DNA of 64,000 bases from Parcubacteria group bacterium (GTDB lineage Bacteria; Patescibacteriota; Minisyncoccia; Moranbacterales; UBA2206). The first letter of the stretch is position 1, and every line of letters starts with the position of its first letter. This document shows positions 57,722 through 64,000 of this stretch, in pieces. The DNA is taken from the NCBI GenBank assembly GCA_041674205.1, contig JBAYWF010000003.1, forward strand, positions 47,221 to 111,220, in the 5' to 3' direction. Position numbers and translations under genes: made by a program. The notes below the pieces were generated by a model. The model saw only the letters and a list, made by a program, of their open reading frames with translations, did not search any database and had not been told where the DNA came from.

Positions 57722-57821
57722 TGATCCTCCTTTGTGTTTTGGGGAAGAAGGTGGATATTTAAAGTATTATATGTTTGCCTATAGTTGTCAATATGACGTT
57801 TGATTCTAAAAAATAATGGGG

Positions 57822-58049
57822 TTAAGCATATTTTTTAAGCCGTCCCCCTTGTTTTAGCGTTGAAATCAGACCTAGTTTTTCAGCTATCTTTTTTATCCAA
57901 CTATCATTTACGAATAGCCGGCCTTTTTTAATGGAATATCCGGTTGTTTCAATTTTTTCTTCTTCATTTTTTTTGCAAAGTATTCCGAGGTATTCCTGCC
58001 ATAACCGAAGCTTAGCATGTTTTTTACGGCATCTGACCTCTTTATTCAA
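57822..58049 (-). CDS. small ORF whose 3' end lies in direct-repeat copy B (doubtful)
   Basis: 75-aa ORF; homologous frame in copy A is disrupted. Confidence 0.2.
   Translation of the reverse strand: MNKEVRCRKKHAKLRLWQEYLGILCKKNEEEKIETTGYSIKKGRLFVNDSWIKKIAEKLGLISTLKQGGRLKKYA
57831..57965. repeat. about 135-bp direct repeat, copy B
   Basis: see copy A at 55191-55325. Confidence 0.85.
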
Positions 58050-58080
58050 TCGGGGTGCTATGGCATGTTTTGACTGGAAT

Positions 58081-58110
58081 GAAGCGAAAAACCGGTTTTA
58101 GCCGGTTTTT
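58081..58110. terminator. intrinsic terminator after the coiled-coil repeat gene
   Basis: AACCGG TTTTAG CCGGTT hairpin with T-runs on both strands. Confidence 0.5.
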
Positions 58111-58126
58111 TTGAAGTTTACGTTTT

Positions 58127-58648
58127 CTATTTAGCTCTTGCCAACACCAGTTTTTCCAGCTTGACCAATCTTTTCTCAAAAGCCTCCATCTTCTCCGTTT
58201 GATCGATTTTTCCAAGATTCTTTTTCATCTCTTTGAACTCAGATTTCAGATACCGGATCTCGTCATCGATATTGAAGAGATATTCTTTAACCACCTTGAA
58301 GTTTTCATTGGTTTGATCGCGAAATTCAAACAATCCCTTGAAATTTTCATTGGTTTGATCGCGAAATTCAAACAATCCCTTGAAATTTTCATTGGCTTGA
58401 TCGCGAAATTCAAACAATCCCTTGAAGTTTTTGCTTGTCTCATTCCTGAATTCAACCATCTCTCCTTTGAATTCCACAAATTCTTCATTATTGTCATCTA
58501 TTTTTTTATTCAAAGAAGAAAACTGCTCCAAAACCAAAACCAGCTTGGAATTCATATCTTCCAGAACGACGGTCTGCTGATCGCGTTTTGTTTTTTCGAT
58601 TTTCTTTTTCATGCTCCATATTTTAACAAATCGCCTCTGGACAGTCAA
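58127..58648 (-). CDS. coiled-coil protein with tandem 14-aa repeats
   Basis: NFKGLFEFRDQ(A/T)NE repeated 3.5 times, encoded by 42-bp tandem DNA repeats at 58294-58446. Confidence 0.5.
   Translation of the reverse strand: MTVQRRFVKIWSMKKKIEKTKRDQQTVVLEDMNSKLVLVLEQFSSLNKKIDDNNEEFVEFKGEMVEFRNETSKNFKGLFEFRDQANENFKGLFEFRDQTNENFKGLFEFRDQTNENFKVVKEYLFNIDDEIRYLKSEFKEMKKNLGKIDQTEKMEAFEKRLVKLEKLVLARAK
58294..58446 (-). repeat. 42-bp tandem repeat, about 3.6 copies, in-frame within CDS 58127-58648
   Basis: GAAATTCAAACAATCCCTTGAAATTTTCATTGGTTTGATCGC repeated near-perfectly. Confidence 0.9.
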
Positions 58649-58805
58649 ACTTCCGGTTTGAGCCGGTTCTCAGGCATAATTTTCAGGCGGATAATTGGAG
58701 CCAGGCGCCGCAACCTGCGCGATGCCTTGGGAATACCTCCTCATAACAAAGCTTTCTTTTTTTGGCCATTGTTGTTATATTGATTCTATTATTGATAATT
58801 ACCCA

Positions 58806-59294
58806 ATGGAGAAAAACATCATTAAAATCGCCATCGTTATCCGCGACAAAGAAAACCCGGAAAATGTCCTTCTCATTAAGGAAAAGGTTGAAAAAAGCAG
58901 CGTTGCGAAATGGAATATTATAAAAGGAACTTGCGAGACGCAGAAAGAGGATATTTTTGAGGCAGCCGTAAGAGAATGCTTCGAGGAAGCGTCGGTCCAT
59001 ATCAGGATAGAATCTTCCTTGGGCTGTTTTTTTGTTTCAAAAGAAGATGGGTCAACCAGCATCCAATTCAATTTTCTGGCAAGCATCGGCTCGGGGAATA
59101 TCGGAATCCAGGATAAAAATTTCCAAAAGAAGCTAGGTGAAAACATATCGGAAGTGCGATGGTTCGACAAATCAGAAATAGCTGGAATGGATGACTCTGA
59201 ATTTGTTTCACCCCGCACGAAACTTCTTCTCGACAATTGGATGAACGGCCGGACATATCCGCTGGACAGCATATCCGTTATGGAAGAAAAGTAG
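58806..59294 (+). CDS. Nudix hydrolase
   Basis: GTCETQKEDIFEAAVRECFEEASV Nudix box; start moved to MEKNIIKIAIVIR (ATG 58806). Confidence 0.8.
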   Translation: MEKNIIKIAIVIRDKENPENVLLIKEKVEKSSVAKWNIIKGTCETQKEDIFEAAVRECFEEASVHIRIESSLGCFFVSKEDGSTSIQFNFLASIGSGNIGIQDKNFQKKLGENISEVRWFDKSEIAGMDDSEFVSPRTKLLLDNWMNGRTYPLDSISVMEEK

Positions 59295-59381
59295 GAAAAA
59301 AATTATCCTCAAAGGCTGAAGATGTTCAGTCACAACTGTCCGAAATATCCACCGCCATATTTAAAGCACTTTCGGAATATA

Positions 59382-59774
59382 TCACACCCTTTCAAATTCC
59401 TCCTTTATCCATTCCGGGTAAACGCCTTCCAGGACCATATTCTTGTCGATCCAACCATATCCCGTATGTTCGCCGCTCAACTTCAATTCGCCGCCGGCAT
59501 ATTTAGCCAAGAAAGTTATGCCTACCAGATGCAAACCGTCTTTCACGAAACCCCATACTCGCGAAGGACGCCCTATTTCGATATTGATACCCAATTCTTC
59601 CCTGACTTCCCTTTTCAAACTTTCTTCCGCGCTTTCGCCGAATTCCATCCTGCCGCCCGGGATATCGATCCCATTGGGATTTATTTCTTCGGTTCCGCTT
59701 TTATACAAAACCAGATATTTCCCGTCATCGTTTTTTATCAACGCTTTCGTGGCAACGCCGAATTTTCTTTCCAT
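59382..59774 (-). CDS. Nudix hydrolase
   Basis: IPGGRMEFGESAEESLKREVREELGI Nudix box. Confidence 0.85.
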   Translation of the reverse strand: MERKFGVATKALIKNDDGKYLVLYKSGTEEINPNGIDIPGGRMEFGESAEESLKREVREELGINIEIGRPSRVWGFVKDGLHLVGITFLAKYAGGELKLSGEHTGYGWIDKNMVLEGVYPEWIKEEFERV

Positions 59775-59813
59775 TTTTTATTCTAAACCGTTTTAACGCG
59801 GATATTTTTTTAT

Positions 59814-60512
59814 TTATAACTTCCTTTTCAAATACGCATCGATTTCTTTTTCAAAAAAATCAGCCACCTCGGCAAGCGTCGCCGGCTCGATCATTTGCGT
59901 TCCATCAATTTCCGTATTTGAAATATCCTGGGTGTATAGGAGCTGCGCCAAAAAAAGCTTTTCATTGAACAATTCCCCATATGCCTCACTTGATTTTTGC
60001 ACGATATCTTCAAGTTTCGTGATTCTCTTTTTCAAAATCACATACAAATCGACGTAGTCCCGCCAAGCGTTTCGCCTATTCATAGCGTAGGCTTTAGTAA
60101 GCGCCACGCCAAGCGAGGAAATAATCCGCAAAGGGGCATCCGGAAATTCAAGCACGTATTTTTCCAAATCAAAAGGATAGAAAATAAAAGATATTTTTAT
60201 ATCATATTCCGTTATAAACGTGAATTCGTCAGCATTGTTCACTAGCACCTCTTTAACGCGCATTTCTTTTTTAATTTTTGCCGGAAAAGACGCCGGGATT
60301 TCCTTGGCACAAAAAATATCAAAATCATAGGACACCCGATGGCCTAATTGAAGAGCCAGCGCCGTTCCGCCCGATAGATAGCCCAAGGAGCGGAAAGTTG
60401 AAAGTTTTTGAAAAATATTTTCCCTTTCCTGATCAAGGATTTCGAGGTGGAGTTTTTCCATATATGTTTTTAATATATTGCTGGCCGTTTTTGACTTTGA
60501 CACCCAAAACAT
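59814..60512 (-). CDS. AbiEii/AbiGii-family nucleotidyltransferase toxin (DUF1814)
   Basis: YLSGGTALALQLGHRVSYDFDIF matches the GGTAL...R.S.D.D(F/I) core of AbiEii toxins; 232 aa; true start may be the internal MEKLHLEIL. Confidence 0.65.
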   Translation of the reverse strand: MFWVSKSKTASNILKTYMEKLHLEILDQERENIFQKLSTFRSLGYLSGGTALALQLGHRVSYDFDIFCAKEIPASFPAKIKKEMRVKEVLVNNADEFTFITEYDIKISFIFYPFDLEKYVLEFPDAPLRIISSLGVALTKAYAMNRRNAWRDYVDLYVILKKRITKLEDIVQKSSEAYGELFNEKLFLAQLLYTQDISNTEIDGTQMIEPATLAEVADFFEKEIDAYLKRKL

Positions 60513-60744
60513 GTTCGAATAGGTGCAGGACGGACGGCGCGTAGATACCCTTGGCAGGTATTTGGAATTCTTGGCTTATCACATCCCGACCATATTTTTG
60601 AAAAAGTTTCCGCACATCCCGCATCGATCCCAAAGCCAGCGTTTGATGGATAATCAAATGGCGATCCTTGGAAAAATCCAAAACGGCTTCGTTTTTTTTC
60701 AGAAACCAAAAAAGCTTATCCACCTTTAATTTAAGTGCTTCCAT
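60433..60744 (-). CDS. hypothetical small protein, candidate cognate antitoxin of the AbiEii-like gene
   Basis: 103-aa ORF immediately upstream of and overlapping the toxin gene; no motif. Confidence 0.35.
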   Translation of the reverse strand: MEALKLKVDKLFWFLKKNEAVLDFSKDRHLIIHQTLALGSMRDVRKLFQKYGRDVISQEFQIPAKGIYAPSVLHLFEHVLGVKVKNGQQYIKNIYGKTPPRNP

Positions 60745-60794
60745 ACTCGTATATTAGCACAAAACAAGCCAAAAATCAAATCAAAAAGCGCTTT

Positions 60795-62099
60795 TTACAA
60801 CCAGCCTAATTTTTCCAAAAACTCCCGGTCTTTCTTGACGAATTTCATCCCGATATCGGACCGGTAGAACATTTTCGGGATGACGATTTGGTTTATCAGG
60901 TCATAGGTCTTGTCGCGGGCTTCCTCGATCGTTTTTCCGGAACCGGTCACGTGGAGCACGAAGCCTGTCTTGCCAGAAATGTAGTGTTTATCCTGCCCAT
61001 CTTCTTTTTTCCGGGAAACCTCTTCCAAATGGATATGTTTCCAATCATTTTCGTCGAAAGTGTCTTTGAAATTGATTTCCAAACCTTGCGAGGAATATTT
61101 CTGCACGTTCACTTCATATGGGAACGGCGGCACCGCCACCAAGGCCACGATCCCGTATTCCTTTTTGTATTTCAAATCATAGGGCTGGCCGTCCGCGATG
61201 GCTTTCAGGAATTTCCCCCAGGGCGACAGGTGCAGTTCGTCCTGCAATTGCAAAGCTGGAAAACCGAAACGCGCCGTCAATTCCAGCGGATGGGCGCCAT
61301 CTTCGTTGATGATGCAATTGACATCTACATCCCCGCGGAAATTGCCTTTGATCAAAGCCGGTTTCAACTTGTCCAGCAGTTCCTTGAACAGCCGGTTATC
61401 TTCATTGTCGTCATACCACATCAATGTCCCCATCTCGAAAGTTTTCGGCCCGAGATTGCCATTGAACAGCCCCTTGTGTTCGAAGTTGATTTCGATCGGA
61501 CCCGCCCAGTCGGTGCCGTTGAAGTAGCGTCCCACGCCGACTTCCACCCCTTTGACTTTTTTCTGCAAATCGATCGACGCGCATTCTTCCCGGTTGTTTT
61601 CATTGTAATTCCGGAGCATCGAAACGACATCCTTCCCGCTTTTCAAACGCCCGACATAGTTGAAAGTCTTGTCGATGTGGCCGTTTTGTTTGACGACCCA
61701 AGGCCCTTCGTTTTTCTGGACGAAACCGATCACCTCCTCGACACTGCCGAAATTGGTGGACGGGATGATGTTGACTTCGGAAAGGGAGAGGATCTTTTGC
61801 CCGTATTGGCGGTCGTGCTCCAGCCGGTCGCCCATCGCGCTGCCGCCGACCACCGAATAGCCCTTGGCCCGCAAATCGTCCTGGATTTGGCCGAACCCGA
61901 CGCAATCGAACACGATGAGTCCGTCGCTCCCCACCCAGCCCAGCTCGGATTCCCAGTCAGCTATTTTTTCCAACATCCCGTCATAAGCGTGGGCATATTC
62001 CGCCTCTTCGATGAAAATTTTCACTTGGTTCCCCTCTTGTTGCAAACGATAGGCCAGATCGGCGCCGGAAAAATCTTTGGATATTAACAATACGTTCAT
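60795..62099 (-). CDS. PurD-like ATP-grasp protein (phosphoribosylamine-glycine ligase family, divergent)
   Basis: 434 aa; N-terminus MNVLLIS... and C-terminus VTGSGKTIEEARDKTYDLINQIVIPKMFYRSDIG parallel PurD, but the GGREHA substrate loop is replaced by KDFSGADLA. Confidence 0.65.
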   Translation of the reverse strand: MNVLLISKDFSGADLAYRLQQEGNQVKIFIEEAEYAHAYDGMLEKIADWESELGWVGSDGLIVFDCVGFGQIQDDLRAKGYSVVGGSAMGDRLEHDRQYGQKILSLSEVNIIPSTNFGSVEEVIGFVQKNEGPWVVKQNGHIDKTFNYVGRLKSGKDVVSMLRNYNENNREECASIDLQKKVKGVEVGVGRYFNGTDWAGPIEINFEHKGLFNGNLGPKTFEMGTLMWYDDNEDNRLFKELLDKLKPALIKGNFRGDVDVNCIINEDGAHPLELTARFGFPALQLQDELHLSPWGKFLKAIADGQPYDLKYKKEYGIVALVAVPPFPYEVNVQKYSSQGLEINFKDTFDENDWKHIHLEEVSRKKEDGQDKHYISGKTGFVLHVTGSGKTIEEARDKTYDLINQIVIPKMFYRSDIGMKFVKKDREFLEKLGWL

Positions 62100-62124
62100 A
62101 AGGATATTTTTAAAAATTTGATTA

Positions 62125-63042
62125 TCAGAAATTCATACTGAGGAAAACCGCGCCTTCGACGATGAGGCCGATAGCCAGGATCTTGTGCGCCAATCCAACG
62201 GCCGTCATCGACTCCCGGCCCAGTTTCGGAAAAAACAAGGTTAGTAGGATGCCGAATAGGAAAACGAAGGCCGGCTGGAACCCGTTGACCGTCATTACCA
62301 GCGCGATCGGCGCCAGCAGGGTCGCATAGGCGAAAACTCCGTCGGCCACGACGAAAATTATCTCATTGAACGCGTTCAGCGACATCACGCCCCAGCTGTT
62401 CATCCGAAGAACCTGCAGAAATTGCTTGCGATAGGATGAAATTGAAAAATACAGGATCGCGCCCAACAGCACGCTTCCGAAAAAGTCCCAAAAAATCGAA
62501 GTCCAGAAACCGTCCTCCACCGCGATCATTTTGAAAATCACCCCGCCGACCGCATAGAGGAATGAGGCCAACAGCATTAGCGCGGCCACTCTTTTTTTGA
62601 ATTTGAGCTTGCCTTCGATGAAATTCAGCGACAAGATGATCGTGCCGGCGATTATCAATCCGCAAGAAATTATTTGGGCGAGCGTCAAGGTTTCTCCCAG
62701 GAAAAAATAGCCCAGGATAAAACCGAAAATCGGGATGGTCTGGTAGTATGGGATGACGATCGAAGCTTCGTCGTCCTGCAAGGCTTTGAAATACAAAATG
62801 ATGCAAACCACCGTCAGCATCCCGTTCAAAGTCAGCACCGCGATCGTCGTCAAATCCAGGGAAAAAACTCCCGGATCGATAAAATAGATTATCGGCAGGG
62901 TCACGACCGAAAACAAAGACGAAAAAAGGATGAGCGCGCCCGATTCGCCGCCTTTGAAATATTTCTCGATCAGATATTTATCGATGTGGTTGGAAACGGC
63001 ATACAATACCGGACCGACGAGAGCGATGAGAAACCAGCTCAT
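62125..63042 (-). CDS. EamA/DMT superfamily transporter
   Basis: 10-TM protein with duplicated EamA-like halves; start moved to MSWFLIALVG (63042). Confidence 0.75.
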   Translation of the reverse strand: MSWFLIALVGPVLYAVSNHIDKYLIEKYFKGGESGALILFSSLFSVVTLPIIYFIDPGVFSLDLTTIAVLTLNGMLTVVCIILYFKALQDDEASIVIPYYQTIPIFGFILGYFFLGETLTLAQIISCGLIIAGTIILSLNFIEGKLKFKKRVAALMLLASFLYAVGGVIFKMIAVEDGFWTSIFWDFFGSVLLGAILYFSISSYRKQFLQVLRMNSWGVMSLNAFNEIIFVVADGVFAYATLLAPIALVMTVNGFQPAFVFLFGILLTLFFPKLGRESMTAVGLAHKILAIGLIVEGAVFLSMNF

Positions 63043-63133
63043 AGATATATAGCAAAAAGGTCTTAACACTCAAATATTACCACATCCAAGCCAAAACATC
63101 AAAATAAAAAAGGCTTGCCGGAATCCGACCGCG

Positions 63134-64000
63134 CTATAAATATTTCTTTCCCTTCAATCTCTCCGGCAGATAGTCTTGTCCGGCATCCTCGGGATTTTCA
63201 AAATCCGGGGTATATTTGTAGTTTTTGCCGTAGTCCAAGTCCTTCATCAGCTTTGTCGGCGCATTGCGCAGATGGATCGGCACCGGTTCGGCAGGAAAAT
63301 CTTTCGCGTCCTGCCTGGCTTTTTCATAGGCGACATACAGGGCGTTGCTTTTTTTCGATTTGGCCATATACACCGCCGCCTGCGCCAGGTTCACTCCGCA
63401 CTCCGGCATCCCGATATAGCGGCAGGCATCATAGGCGCTGATGGCCTGCTCCAGCGCGAATGAATTGGCGATGCCAATGTCTTCGGAAGCGAAACGGATG
63501 ATCCTTCGCGACACATAGAGCGGATCTTCCCCGCCCTCCAGCATCCGCGCCAGCCAATACAAGGCGGCGTCCGCGTCGCCGCCGCGCATACTTTTGTGCA
63601 AAGCCGAAATTATATTATAGTGTTGTTCCCCCGCCCGGTCATAGAGCAGGCTGGTTTTTTGCAAGGCTTCCTTGATTTCGTTTTTCCCGATCATTATCTT
63701 TCCGATCGCATCTTTTTTTCCGATCGATGCTGCCAGTTCCAAGACATTCAACGCCGTGCGCGCGTCACCATTGGAAAGTCCGGCCAGAAAATCCAAATCC
63801 TCTTCCGCGATCCCTATCTTCATTTTTCCCAAACCCCGCTCTTTGTCCGCCAGCGCCCGGACGGCCAATTTTTTCACATCCGCCGCCTCCAGCGGTTCCA
63901 AAACGAAAACCCGGGTCCGCGACAAAAGCGCGTGGTTGACTTCGAAGCTCGGGTTTTCCGTGGTCGCGCCAATCAAAATCAAAGTACCGTCTTCCACATA
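63134..64000 (-). CDS. rarA: replication-associated recombination protein A (RarA/MgsA AAA+ ATPase), C-terminal portion; continues beyond window
   Basis: MgsA_C helical domain SALHKSMRGGDADAALYWLARMLEGGEDPLYVSRRIIRFASEDIG; ORF open at the window edge. Confidence 0.85.
   Translation of the reverse strand, partial: YVEDGTLILIGATTENPSFEVNHALLSRTRVFVLEPLEAADVKKLAVRALADKERGLGKMKIGIAEEDLDFLAGLSNGDARTALNVLELAASIGKKDAIGKIMIGKNEIKEALQKTSLLYDRAGEQHYNIISALHKSMRGGDADAALYWLARMLEGGEDPLYVSRRIIRFASEDIGIANSFALEQAISAYDACRYIGMPECGVNLAQAAVYMAKSKKSNALYVAYEKARQDAKDFPAEPVPIHLRNAPTKLMKDLDYGKNYKYTPDFENPEDAGQDYLPERLKGKKYL

Noticed and set aside
58294-58446. Possible CRISPR array suggested by tandem direct repeats
   Set aside because: Units are contiguous 42-bp repeats with no spacers. 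They lie in-frame inside a CDS, and no cas genes are nearby.
58088-58666. Recurrent short hairpin CCGGTTT(T/G)AGCCGG at 58091-58104 and 58653-58666, as a possible REP/MITE family
   Set aside because: There are only two copies, both in terminator or leader positions of the same gene. That is insufficient to call a repeat family.
1-64000. rRNA genes, additional tRNAs, riboswitches
   Set aside because: No stretch shows rRNA-like conserved blocks or another cloverleaf. The only structured non-coding elements seen are the attC-like sites and terminators.

Overview
This 64-kb window reads like a small, streamlined bacterial genome, and its gene content suggests a CPR/Patescibacteria-like lineage. 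The tRNA has no encoded CCA, there are very many Nudix and other housecleaning hydrolases, and many small hypothetical genes.

The supported features are about 74 protein-coding genes and one tRNA-Lys. All but three genes lie on the minus strand.

The core backbone runs from about 1 to 30000 and from 40690 to 50400, at roughly 50-55% GC. It carries:
- serS, lysS, greA, frr, lepA, dnaJ, rseP, rdgB, purE and murJ;
- the mreB-mreC-mreD-PBP2 operon;
- a surface-polysaccharide locus with a DUF4012-like protein, three GT4 glycosyltransferases and a Wzz-like protein;
- a sensor histidine kinase.

Two AT-rich accessory islands interrupt this backbone.

Island 1, about 31990-40690, is the most interesting part of the window. 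Roughly a dozen small co-oriented genes sit here: five Nudix genes (one frameshifted), two IMPase-family genes, a HAD, a SAM methyltransferase, a CMP/dCMP-type deaminase, a C39-like peptidase, a nucleoside-2-deoxyribosyltransferase-like gene and a small membrane protein. Each is separated from the next by a structured intergenic palindrome built like an integron attC site. These sites have an R'' box ending in TAAC (often with the stop codon embedded), a 2-nt spacer, an L'' box, a variable centre, the complementary L' box, and an R' box of the form GTTANNTG. The L boxes covary between sites. Each ORF's 5' GTT... box is the exact inverted complement of that same cassette's own downstream R'' box, as expected for cassette insertion by crossover at G|TT. 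Two sites share a conserved ~150-bp module carrying a near-consensus promoter. No integrase lies in the window, so this resembles a CALIN-type cassette array; this is my inference and has not been checked against a database.

Island 2, about 51170-60750, contains:
- a bacterial SET-domain methyltransferase with a co-transcribed unknown partner;
- secreted proteins;
- a 2.6-kb unit flanked by ~135-bp direct repeats, encoding an NMNAT-like enzyme and a Nudix gene, plus two further Nudix genes adjacent;
- a tandem-repeat coiled-coil gene;
- an AbiEii-like toxin with a small upstream partner.

Other notable features are a truncated Bro-N (phage antirepressor) remnant, a PurD-like ATP-grasp protein lacking the GGREHA motif, and a PEP-utilising swivel-domain protein with a novel N-terminus.
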